Position numbers and translations under genes: made by a program. A DNA stretch of 64,000 nucleotides from the NCBI GenBank assembly GCA_963827235.1, contig CAWHAE010000015.1, forward strand, positions 64,001 to 128,000, given 5' to 3'. The notes under the pieces were generated by a model that was not told the origin of the DNA, searched no databases, and saw only the letters and a list, made by a program, of their open reading frames with translations. The DNA comes from an uncultured bacterium. GTDB taxonomy: Bacteria > Chloroflexota > UBA5177 > JANWHV01. This document shows positions 49,091-60,800 of the stretch, piece after piece. The number at the start of each line of letters is the position of its first letter. The stretch's first letter is position 1.

Positions 49091-50810
49091 GGGAGCGCCT
49101 CAGCTTTGTGTAGCTGAGGCTGTTGATGTTCAGGCTGAGCGCCGGTGACTGACGGCCACGCGACCCCAATAGCCCTTCCCCTTGCCCCAGGGTTTGCCGG
49201 TGGAGACGATGCGCTGCGGTGCGATCGGCGGTGCTGCGCTGTCGGCGGGCGTCGGATCAGTCGGCGCTGGCGCCGGTGCCGCATCCACAGCCGGCCACAG
49301 GCCGGGCAACGCATCGGCGGCGGGGAGCGCGCGCAGGCGGGTGAGGGGTCGGCTGGCCCAGAACATCGCCCAGCGGCCGTGGCCGCTCTGGTGCAGTGCC
49401 CGCAGGTTGGCGATGGCCTGCGCGCCCTGGGGCGTCCAGCGCATGCCGGCCCCCTTGGCGCGCTTGCTGATCAGCTGCTTGCAGCCGCTCTCCACCGCGC
49501 CCGAACCAATGGGCAACTGGCGGGCCACGAAGCGCGGGTAGTCCAGCCGGTCCGCGTTGTCCGTGAAGTACTCCTCCAGGTTGCGGCGCACGACGTCGTG
49601 CGCTTCCGCGGACAGGTCGGGCCGCGCCAGCGGGGCCTGCAACGCGGCGAGCACCGGCGGCGCGCCCTGCTGCAAGAGGGTGTGCCGCTGTTCGGCCTAC
49701 CAGGCACGCGCCGGCAGGCTGCCCGCGCCATACACCGCGCTGGCTACCTCGGCCAGCTGCTCGCTGGCGTGGTAGAAATCAACGATCTCCACCACCGCAG
49801 TGCCCGGGTGGCTGAACTGCGTGCGCGCCTGCTTCCAGATCCAGCGCGCCCCGTCGGCAATCACGACCACTTCCTGCACGCCGCGCGTGAAGCCGGCGCG
49901 CCAGGCCTCCCGGGTCAGGCGCGGAAAGAAGGCCTCGCTGCACTCCAGCCCGGCGCAGAAGCCGGATGGCCCCAGCACGAGTGTCGCGCGTGCCGTCGCG
50001 GCATCTGCGCGCACCGCCGGGCCCAGCGCCGCCACGCGGCCCACCGTCATCTCGCGGTAGCCGTCTTGCAGGGGCGTGTGCACGCCATCGGTCTCCACCA
50101 CCAGCCGCGTGGGCACCGCCTGCGCCGGCACCGCCCATTGCGTGCGGTCGGCCTGCTCGTGCTCGATCAGCGCACCGAGCCCTTCGGCCAGCCGCCGGAT
50201 GGTCTCCTTGGCCACGTGCACCCCGACGCTGCTCGCCACACTCGCGCGCGCCGCGGCGAAGGAGTCCTGCTGCGCCTGCTCGCACACCACCTGGGCCAGG
50301 CCCGGCGAGAGCTGGCCGGCGCCCAGCCCCAGCACACAATCCAGCGGCGCATGGCCCGCCTGGCAGCGCGCGCAGTAGAACGTGGGCCGCATGAACCGAT
50401 ACTCACCGACCAGCCTCAGCACCGTCCGCCGCCGCTCCCGCCCTACCAGGTGCAGCTGCCGGCCACACTGCGGACAGCGGCTCGCCACCCCTTCCGGCCC
50501 TTGCGCGCGCGCCTGCAGTACCACGCCCTCCACGGCGCTCCCTACCTGCCGCAGCACCTGCTGCAAGGCCCGCTCCCCGGCCAGCAAATCACCCGTCAGC
50601 AGCACTTCCACCGCCGCCCACAGCCCGGCCTCCAGGGCTGCCGCCCCGTCCGCCACCGCCGTCGCCAGAATCCGGGTACGCTCCATCGTGCCTCCTCCGC
50701 TCGGGCACGCGCGGTTGACAGATCGCTTGCCGTGCCCTGTAGCCGAGGAGGCTACCTCTTCGCGCGTTACTTTGCCTTAGCCCAGCCGACATCAATCGTG
50801 GGGCGCACCC
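49091..50810 (-). mobile_element. ISKra4-family (UPF0236-like) insertion sequence
   Basis: Imperfect terminal IRs gggagcgcctca (from 49091) and tggggcgcaccc (to 50810) enclose the transposase. No target duplication seen. Confidence 0.75.
49130..50686 (-). pseudogene. ISKra4-family transposase with one in-frame TAG at 49697-49699
   Basis: CPQCG and CARC zinc finger, ETDG, IADGARWIW, VDFYHASE, LPIGSGAVESGCKQL, GMRW. Both ORF halves share a frame. Confidence 0.88.
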
Positions 50811-50892
50811 AGCCCTGGGTGTGGGGCCGGCCGCCCCCAAGGCATCGCCATCTACGCCGCTGTTTTACGTATCGCCTTTGAGGAACGGAGCA

Positions 50893-51381
50893 TTAAGAGG
50901 GTGGCGCCCGCTTCACGACGGCAAGCTCAATGGGACTGCCAGGCCAAAGCGCGATCCTGTAAGTATCCTCGCCCTCTAGGCCGTCAGCGCTGAGTGTATC
51001 AAGTCCCGCGAAACAAATCCGCACACGGTAATAACCTGGGCTCACCTTGACGATCAGGTCGTCGGTACCCATCTCAGTGATAACTAGCGTCCCCGACTGG
51101 ATGTTGATACCCGTCTCGACGATGTGGTCCCACTGATCGACGTCTGTCTCCGGTTCTGAGGCGCAAAGCTCAACGTGAACAGGCACACGCATGTTCCTGG
51201 CGGTGGCGATATTCAGCAGCCCTGGCACGGCTATCACACGGTTGGCGAGGTTCTGTGGAGTCCAATCACACCATCCTTCGGTCAACTCGTCGTAGTCACG
51301 ATGTCCATCCTCCAGGTAGAACTGGAAGTAGTCTGCGAAGACAGTCAGGTCAGCCCTGTACGTCACCCGACCTCCAGCCAC
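50893..51381 (-). CDS. Immunity protein of the main toxin, Nin/ComJ-like
   Basis: GGAGG and GTG start. ADYFQFYL, VPVHVEL, WDHIVE, SGTLVI, PGYYRVR and YRIALWP follow a NucB-like tip. Confidence 0.7.
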   Translation of the reverse strand: MAGGRVTYRADLTVFADYFQFYLEDGHRDYDELTEGWCDWTPQNLANRVIAVPGLLNIATARNMRVPVHVELCASEPETDVDQWDHIVETGINIQSGTLVITEMGTDDLIVKVSPGYYRVRICFAGLDTLSADGLEGEDTYRIALWPGSPIELAVVKRAPPS

Positions 51382-51434
51382 GTTGTCGCCTCCAAATCCC
51401 GATCAGCCGCGAAACAGCGGCGTAGGCGGCACCA

Positions 51435-51806
51435 TCACCGTGTAACGACGATCTTGACTCTCGTTCCATCGGGAAACCTACTCAAGAGACTGCGGATGGT
51501 CGCGCCGAGCCCGCGATTGTCCAGACGTTGTATCGGCCGAATACTGGCTCCCTTCCCGCCCTCAGCAAACATGGCCATGGGAAACTCATCCCGATCCATA
51601 TTAGGGGTGGTTGCGGTGCCGGCAAGTGACTCAGCGCGCCTCGCGGCTGCCCCGGCTCGGTCTATGGTGAGATCAGAGAACTGACCTGCACTGATCGCGT
51701 CCTCAATATGGCTCAGTGCCTGGTCATACGCCGGATAAGCCTGCTTCGATAGGGTTAGGGTGACAACACCTGTTGACGGGTCGACGTTGACAGGACACGG
51801 CCCCGC
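51435..51806 (-). other. NucA/NucB-like DNase toxin tip
   Basis: HIEDAISAG..LTIDR..A..RR.ESL...DRDEFPMAMFAEGGKGASIRPI...DNRGLG. Confidence 0.85.
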
Positions 51807-54800
51807 GTTGTGCACCAGCACCTCGGCCAACCCGACGAAGAAGTCGTGGTCGCTGGCGACGGTGAGGGTGTAGACGTGCGCCTCGCCCATGTTCCAGTGT
51901 ATGCCCAGCACCGTGACGTCGCGCCCGTCTTCGGTGCGCAGCCGGTCACCTGCCTGCAACTGGCCGGCCTCAACCCAGCCGGGTTTGGTCAGGTCACGGC
52001 CGCTGTCCACATAGAACGGATGGTTGCTCGTCACCTTGAGTGTGCTGCCGTCGGAGAGTTCGAGGGCTAGCAGCGGCTTGATGCCGTCGTCGATCACCGC
52101 CAGCACGCGCTCAGCTTCGGGCTTGCCCTTGGCCGGGTCTTCCGCCAGGATGGTGTCGCCCGCGTGCAGGCTGGCGATAGCCACCAGACCGTGCTGGGTG
52201 GCCACACCGGTGTCCGCCGGGAAGCAGGAGCACGGCAGTTCGCCGGTGGTGCCGCCCTGCGCGGTGCACGTCGTGCCCGAACACGGTTCGGTCAACTGGG
52301 CATTGTCGAGCGCCTTGCCCGCTGCCTGCTCTTCTTGGACAGTGGCGGGCTGCATGTGGCCGGATGGATCCAGCAGTTCCAGGGTTGCCTTGCCATCGTC
52401 GAGCATGGTGCCTTGTGTGTGCAGCACCGCCGTTTCAGCCGCTTCCGCCGCAGCGTCGAAGCCACCGCCCGCCGCCGCACCGGCCGCCAGGCGCAGCAAC
52501 GGCCCGGCCAGCTCGGGAGCAACGAAGGTGGCCACCGTGAACATGCGCACCAGCAAGCCCGTGCGTGGGTCGACGGCGACCTGGATGCTGCCCAAGGTCA
52601 GCGCGGCGAGCTTGGTGAGACCGGCCGCAGCCAGGAGGTCGACCTCCACACCACCGGGCAGCCAGGACGGTAGGTGCACGCCTGCCTTCTTGGCCGCGTT
52701 GAAGTAGTCGGTGGCCGCTTGCTCGGTCCAGTCGCCTACCTGGCCGATCGCGCAGGTGAGATTGGTGAGCGCATCGTGGCAGTAGCTAGTGCTGTCCGCG
52801 TAGACCAGGACGCCGGGCGCCTGGGGCCAGAAGGTTAGCGTCTTGCCGTGGTAGGGTGCCGTGAAGGCGGGGTACTCGTCATCCCCGCCGCCATGATAGT
52901 CAGACGGCCGGATCTCAGGAGTGTAGGGGCCGGCGGTTCCCACGAAGGGGATAGCGGCGCTGCCTGCCGGGCCTGGCTTGATGGTGGGGAACTTCCGCAC
53001 CGTCCACGCGCAGCCACCGCCAACCTTCCACAGGCACTGCTGGTCGGTGATCCATGCCACTCCAAACGTCTTGGCGTCGGCAATGAGCGTGTTCACGCCA
53101 TTGATAACCGAGACCTGCTGTGTCAGCGACTTGAAAGACTGAGCATGCTCGATGTCCCAGAGATAGGTCCCGCGGTCGGTGACGGAGATGATGTTCGCGT
53201 TCAGGGTCTTGCCGATGCTGGCCTTCGCGCAGGCCAGGGTGGGCACCGGCTTGGTGAACACGGGTACCCAGAACTCGGTCTCGCTGGCCCGCGCCACGGA
53301 CCAGGCCGGCGTCTTGAGGGCAGTGGTGCCCTGGTCAGCAGTCGTGGTGCCGACGGCAGGCGACTGCGCTACTCTTGCCGCCGCGGCGGCCATCGCAGTC
53401 TCCTGCGCCGCGCTGACCGCCTCGGAGGGATAGAGCACCACAGCGACCGCGCCCTCGATGGCCGACTGCTGCTCATAGTCCTGTGCGGTGGGCAGCGCCC
53501 ATCCTTTCCCACTCGGGTCCGTCCCGTCCGTGGGCATGTTGCCGGCGTACTCGTAGGGGTCCAGCGTCACCGGCACCTGCGGATCGGCAGGCAGCGGATC
53601 CACGCTCTCGAACTGCCCCTCACTTGGGCTGTACTCCCGGGCCCGCATGCCATACGTGCCTGCCGCCGCGTCGTAGTACTGCCCCGCGTAGCCGAAGGGC
53701 TGGCTGCCCAGGAGGCCGGCCAGCAGGGTGGCGCCGCTGCCGGTGGACGTGTCCGGGTTGGCTCTGGCCTTGCCCCAGGCGTCGTAGGCGCTAGCCCCGA
53801 TCGTAGCACCGGTGGGGTCGGTGACCAGCCGCACGCTGCCCAGCAGGTCGGTGCCCAGGGTGGTGGTGCGCTGGGTGCTCAGGGTGTAGCCTGCCAGCGG
53901 TGCCTGGCCGCTGCCCGGATTCAGGTAGGCGTAGTCGGCGTTGCCGTCCGAGACCAGGTCGGACATGCCGGCCTCCAGGTCCTGCGCGTAGTTGGAGAGG
54001 GTTGGGATCGATCCGGAGGCGTCCTCGGCACGCAGCCTGTCGCCCTGCCCGTCGTAGACGAAGGTGAGGTTGGTGGTCGGGCCGATGATGGCCACCAGCT
54101 CGTTCCGCAGGTCGTAGGTGTTGGTGATCGTGCCGGTCTGTCCGGTGCTCCCCACCTGGTTGCCCGCGACATCATACGTATAGGTGGTAGGTTCGCCCGG
54201 GCCGACGTCCGAGGCCGTCGAGGCGCTGGTCAACTCGTCCGCCGCGTCGTAGCTGTTGGTGGTCACCGTGGTGGAGAGTGCACCGGTGGTGGTGAGCGTG
54301 ACCGTGCTGGTGATGACGGTGCGGTTGCCGGCCGCGTCGTACGCATCCTGCTCGCTGCTGCCGTCCGGGTAGCCGGCATTGGTCAGATCGCCCGCCGGGT
54401 CGTAGCCGAAGCTGGAGGTGCCCCAGCTATCGTCGATGGCCGTGCGCTCGCCCGCCGCGTCCAGCGTGTCCGTCTGGCTGAAGAGCACGGTGCCCGAGAT
54501 GCTCACCGTGGTGTCGATGGTCCGGCCGGCGCTGTCGTAGCCCCACACCTGGCTGGTGCCGTTGGCCGCCTGCAGCCGCGTCAGCTTGCCTGCCTTGTCG
54601 TAGCCGGCGTGACTGGTATTGGGCGCCGCCCCCGGCTGGGTCAGCGTGCTCACCTGACCCGTCGCGTCGTAACTCCACGTCGCCGTCTTGCCGTCCGGGT
54701 AGGTCAGCGTAGTGCGCCGGCCCGCCGCGTCGTAGGTGTAATGCAGGTGCATGCTCACCTGGCCCGCTGCCGGCGTGCCCGCCGTGGGCGTGGCCGTGGC

Positions 54801-57800
54801 CGGGGTGACCGTGCCGCAGGTCGTGGCGGTGGCCGTGGGCTCCGCGGCCGGCAGGCTATCGGCGGCAATCTCCACCACCCGGCCTGCGTCCCGCATGGTC
54901 AGCCACAGGTTGCCGGCCTCGTCGAAGGCGATCCCCGTGGGCACGCTGCCCGCCGGCTGGTCGAGCTGGTACTCGCCGATCCTGCCGCCGGCGTCCAGCC
55001 GCCCCACCATGCCCGCCTGCTGCTCCGTGAACCACAGGCTGCCGTCCGGCGCTATCGCCAGCCGGTCCGCCCCCGCGTTGGCCGTGGGCACGTCGACCTC
55101 GCCGAAGGTGCCATCGGCAGTGACGCGGGCGATCTTGTCGTTCGCATACTCGTTCATGAAGACGGTGCCGTCGGGCGCCGCGACGAGGTAGCCGTTGCCG
55201 CCCTCGCCCGCCAGGGAGACCGGGTACTGGGTGACCTGGCCGCTGGCCGTGTCCAGCTTGCCCAGGTAGGCCGGCATGTCGCCCGTGTACGCCAGCGCGA
55301 ACCACAGCACGTGGCCCGCTCCCAAGGCCAGGCCCATCGGCGACCCGGTGTCGCCGTCCTGCACGGGCAGGGGGTCGTCGGCCAGCAGGGTGCCGCTGGG
55401 GTCCACGTGCGCGATCGAGGAACTGCCCGTGCTGTTGACGGACAGCCAGAAGGTGCCGTCGCTGTCCTGCGCGATGCCGGCCAGCTCACCCAGGTCGTCG
55501 ATGGCGGGCAGGGAGACGACCGTCTCGGTGCCGTCCTGCTGGATGTGGAAGAGCTCGTCGTAGTAGCCGGCCGCCCAGATGGAGCCGTCGGTGCCCAGCA
55601 CCATGCCTTCGACGATGTCGTAGCCGGGCGCGGTGAAGCGGCTGACCGTGCCGTCGGCGGCCACGCGGTCGATCTCGTTGCCGTACTCGCCGTAGGTCCA
55701 GGCGTTGCCGTTGTGGTCGACCAGCATGCCGCGCGGACCGAAGCCGCCGGCCAGCTGGTAGGTGGCCAGGCTGGGCAGCAGCGAGTTCGTGTTCGGCGTG
55801 GCCGTCGGCGTCTCGGTCGGCGTGTCGGTACTCGTGGGCGTATTGGTATCAGTTGGTGTGTCGGTGCTCGTCGGGGTGTCGGTCGAGGTGTCCGTATCCG
55901 CCGGCGTGTCGGTGATGGTCGGCGTATCGGTCGCCGTATCCGTGTCTGCCGGCGCCGTGGCACTCGTGCCGGTAGTCGCCGTCGGCGTGGAGGTCGGTGC
56001 CGATTCGCCCTGGCCTTCCTGGTAGTGCGCCGCGATCTGGCCCGGCGTCAGTGCATAGCGATAGACGGCCACGCCGGCAAGCTCGCCATGCAGATACGCT
56101 CCGCCGTCGGTGAGGTCGCAGGCGCCGATCGTGAGCGGACCCACCAGCTCCAGGGCATGGGTCTGCGGCGTATCCTGGTCTACTTGCACGCCGTCCTGGT
56201 AGATCGTGCGCGTGGTGCCGTCGTACGTCGCTACCACGTAATGCCAGCTGCTGCTCATGTCGGAGACACTGTCGTCGTAGAGGTCGTCGTTCCACCAGTA
56301 GTTCGTCAGGCTGTTTTCGTTGTTCCCGTCGGTCGAGAACGCGTTGGTGTCGGAGTCGTTGTTGCCGTAGGGCCCGTAGCCGATGATGCCCTGGCCCGGA
56401 TAGCCGTCCGGGTCCCCGCCGTTGTTGCCGTCCGGCGAGAGGTTGACCCAGGCCTCGAGCGTGTACGCATCATTGCCGGACGGCAGCCCGCTCACCTGCG
56501 GCACGCTGATGTAGCCGGCGTTGCCGTCGAACGCCGCCGAGCCGCTCATGCCGGGCGGCGCGGTCGTGGTGAAGGCCGCGGTGTTCTGCAGGGTTCCGTC
56601 ATAGCCGTTGCCGGTGGCGTCGTGGGCCGTGGTGCCGTCGCTCTCGTCCAGCGGCCAGTAGGCCACGGCGCCGTCGGCCAGCACCGCCGACTCGTAGGCC
56701 GCGGAGCTCGGCGTGGCGGTGCCGGTGGCTGCCGGCGTGGCGGTGCCGGTGACTGCCGGCGTGGCGGTTGCCGTGGTGCAGGCAGGCTGCGGCGCGGTCA
56801 GCACCTCGATGCCGCTCACCAGCGGGTTGTCCGTCTCCCGCACGAAGCTGACCCGCAACTGGCCAAGCTGGTCCGCGGTCACCGGGAAGCTATCCACCAG
56901 CGCCTTGTCCTTGGCTCCCGCCGTGGCATAGATGTCGAACTGGTCGAGCACCTGCTCGCCGTTCACGCTCACGCCGAACAGCCGCTGGCCGGCACTGTCC
57001 CAGGAGAGCTCGGCGAAGTGCAGCCGCAGGGTGTAGCTGCCGCCCGGCTGCAGATTGGGGATGGTGTAGGTAAAGGCACCCCAGCGCGCCGTCTGGTAGA
57101 CCAGCGCCGGCGCCGCGTCGCTCACTCCACTGGTGTCGATGGAATCACTCACGCTCTCCACGTCGCCGTCGGCGCGCTCGGCCCTGCTGTCGCCGCTGAA
57201 GCCGCCCACGTCGCCACCGCCCACGTTGATCGCCGCTACCGTGGTCGGCGTCTCCACCGGCGCGCCCGTGCAGCTCTGCGGCGGGCCGGCCAGCGGGATC
57301 ACCTCCAGGCCGCTGCTTTCCGCCTCGTCTAACACCGAGGTGTAGGCGACCGCGATCTGCCCGTTATCGTCGGCCTGCACGCTGAAGGCGCGCACCACCG
57401 CCGTGTACGGCATGCCCGCGGCGGCGATGATGTCGAAGTGGTGCAGCACGGTGGTGCCGTTGACCGCCACGTCGAACACGCGCTGGCCCGGGCTGTAGAA
57501 GGTGTTGTCCGTGAAGTGCAGGCGGAGGGTGTACCAGCCGTCTGGGGTCAGGTTGGGAATGGTGTAGGTGAAGTCGCCCAGCCGCTCGGTCTGGTAGACC
57601 TCGGCCGGCGGCGGGTCGACCACGCCGTTGGAGTCGACGAGCCCGGTCTGGTTGCCGGTGTCGCCGCCGCTCACGTCCGTGTCGGCCACGAAGACGCCGG
57701 CTCCGTTGCCGCCGCTGTCGATGGCAATCACGGGAGTGGCCGTGGCGGCCGGTGTCGCCGGCGTGCAGGCCGTCTCCACGGCCGGGAACACCTGCACCGC

Positions 57801-60800
57801 CGACACCTCCGCATTGTCGCTGATCGACACGAAGTAGATGACGATATGCCCCCGGTCGTCGGCATGGGTCGCGAACGTGCGCGTCACGGCCACGTCCCGG
57901 CCGCCCGCCGCCCCTTCGATGTCGAAGTGGGAAAGCACCTGATCGCCGTTGATGTTCACGTCGGAGATGCGCCCGCCCGGCTGGTCGTAATACAGCTCGG
58001 CGAAGTGCAGCCGTACGCGGTAGGGAGCATCGGCCGTCAAGCCGGGAATGTCGTAGCGGAAGTAGCCGCCGTTGCGCTCGTTCTGGTACACCTCCTGCGG
58101 CGCAGGGTCGGTCACCCCGCTGGTGTCAATCGTGTCGCCCGTGCCGTCGGTGGCGCCGTTGGCATACGCGTCGTCGTCGAACAGATAGGCTCCGCTGCCG
58201 TAGCCGCCGCTGTCCAGGGCCACCACGGCCGTGGGCGTGGCGGTGGCCGGGCCCCCAACCGTCGCGCAGGGGGGCAGGGGGTCGCTGGGGAACACCTCGA
58301 TGGCGCTCACCGTCGCCTGGTCCAGGACGGAGATGAAGCGCAGGGCCACCTGGCCATTGGCGTCCGCGGTCACCACGAAGGAGCGCGTCACCGCCGTGTC
58401 CTGCAGCCCGGCCGCCGCCCAGACGTCGAAGCGGTGCAGCTCGGTGACGCCGTTGGCCAGCACGTCGAAGAGCCGCTGGTCGGCTCCGCCGTGGTTGAAC
58501 TCCGCGAAGTGCAGGCGCACGCGGTAACTGGCGCCCGGGGTCAGACTGGGCACCACGTAGGTGAAATCGCCGAACATGGCCGCCTGGTAGACGTCCTCGG
58601 GCGCCGCGTCGGCCACGCCGGAGGTATCGATGGGGTCGCCCGTGTTACCCGCACTGCCGTAACCGCCGCTGGTGCCGGGGTCGCCGGCGAAGCGGCCGTC
58701 GGCGTCACCTGCCACGCGGAAGGCGGCCACAGCCGTCGCGGTGGCCGCCGGCGTCGCCGGCGCACAGGCGGGGGCCGGCCCATCGGCCGGGAAGACCTCC
58801 AGACCGCTCAGCTTGGCGTTGTCCACGAGGCTAACGAAGCTCAGGTCGGATATGGCCCAGGGCGTCGGCCGTGGCCGGCACGTCGCGCGTGATCGCCACG
58901 TCCTTGCCGCCTGCCGCCGCCAGGATGTCGAAGTGGTGCAGCACGGCCACGCCGCCGGCATCCACGTCGAACAGGCGCTCGCCGGGCTGGTCCCAATAGA
59001 TCTCGGCGAAGTGCAGTCGCACGCGGTAGTAGCCACCCGGGGTCAGGTTGGGCAGCGTGTAGCTGAAGGTGCCGAAACGCTCCGTCTGGTAGACCGCCTG
59101 CGGCGCCGGATCGGTCACCCCGCTGGTATCGATCGCGTCGCCGCTGTTGCTGGTCGCCCCACCCTGGTTGTCTTCGTCCGCCGCGTAGCCGTCCGCCACG
59201 TCGCCACCGGCGTCGATCGCCAGCACCGCCGTGGGCGTGGGACTGCTTGGCGTGGGCGATGCCGCACAGACCGGCAGGGGGTCGGCCGCCAGCACCTCCA
59301 GCCCGCTCACCATGGCCGTGTCCCGCTCGGCGTCGAAGCGCACCGCCAGCTGGCCGTTGCCGTCGGCCTGCACCGTGAAGCCGCGCACCACCGCCGTGTC
59401 CGTGGCGCCCGCCGCCGCCCACACGTCGAAATGCGAGAGCACCATGCTGCCGTTGATGCTCACGCTGAACAACCGTTGCCCGGGCCCGTTGTCCCAGTCG
59501 TCGGCAAAATGCAGCCGTACGGTGTAGGCATCGCCGGCGGTCAGGCCTTCCACGAGGTACGCGAAGCTCCCCGCCGAGTAGCGTGCCGTCTGGTAGACCG
59601 CTGCCGGCGCCGCGTCCGTCGCCTGGCCGGTGTCGATGGTGTCGCCGCTCGTCAGCACGTCGCCGCCCAGCCAGCCGCTATCCGTGGCGAACGACCCTTC
59701 CGCGTCCCCGCCGGCGTTGATCGCCAGGGGTAGAGTGGCACTGCCGGGTAGCACCAGCGCGCGCCGGATAGCCTTGAACAATGGCCGGGCTCCCGTGCGG
59801 ACCGGCGTCGCGGTAGCCGTGCGTGTGCGCGTCGCGGTAGCCGTGCGTGTGCGCGTCGCCGAGACGGTGCGTGAGGCGGTCGACGTCCGGCTCGTGGTCG
59901 CCGTGGCCGTGGGTGTGCCGCTGGCGGTCGGCGTCTCGGTCGCCGCCGTGGGCGTGTCGCTCTCGGTGGACGTATCCGTGACCGTGGGCGAGAAATCGGC
60001 CGTGGGCGTGCCGGTCGATGTATCCGTGACGTTGCTTGTCGCCGTCGGGCTGGGCGTGCCGGTGGTCGTGTCCGTCGAGCTCGTGGCCGTGCCGGTGGTG
60101 GTCGCGGCGTCGCCGGGCACGGACCCGGTAGCCGTGTCCGTCGCCGAGGCAGGTGCCGTGGCCGTCGCGGTGTCGCTCGTCTGAGCGGACTCCGTGGCGG
60201 TGTCGCTGGGTTGGGCGGGCTCGGCAGCCGTGGCCGTGGCGCTCGGCTCGTCCTGGGCGTCGCGCGCCCGGCCTGCCGGCTTGACCGCGGCCTGCGCGGC
60301 GGCAGCAGTGCGCTGTGCCGATGTCGCGGCGCGGCTCATCGCCGTTGCCGGCGCGTGATAGTCGGTGAGGCCGGCAGGCACCGCCGCTACGCCCCGGGCC
60401 GCTCCCTGCAATCCGGCAACCGTCGACCCGAGCGCCGGCACCCTGCCGCCGCTCGTCATCTGTCCGCTCGTGGAGCTCAGGGACCACACGCTGCTCAGGG
60501 TCTGCGCTGCGCTGCCGGGCCTGTTCGCCTGGCCGGTGGCCAGATGCACGCTCGCGAACGTGGCGCCAAGCTGCTGGGTGACCACGTCCGGCGTCACCCC
60601 GTTCTCCGGCGTGTCGCTCACCGTGGCAGTGGCCGTATCCGCGTCGCCGATCGTGGCAGTGTCCGTGCCGGTGCCGATCGCCGTCGCGGTGTCCGTCCCA
60701 GCTGCCAAGGTGGCGGTGTCCGTGCCGGTCGCCGTGCCCCCGGTGTCGCTGGTCGCCGTCGTGGTCGGGCTGGCCGTCCCGGTGGGCACGCGGCCCAGGC

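Noticed and set aside
49697-49699. Amber recoding (also TAG at 41217)
   Set aside because: Both stops are in decaying elements, TAG is used as a normal stop by many genes here, and no pyl genes are seen.
54865-55775. Streptogramin resistance gene vgb
   Set aside because: It is only a Vgb-like propeller embedded in a giant toxin, with no evidence of lyase function.
58831-58860. Programmed frameshift splitting the main Rhs gene
   Set aside because: No slippery sequence is present. One extra base falls mid-domain, and similar indels occur elsewhere in the window. Sequencing error or simple mutation is more likely; reads are needed to decide.
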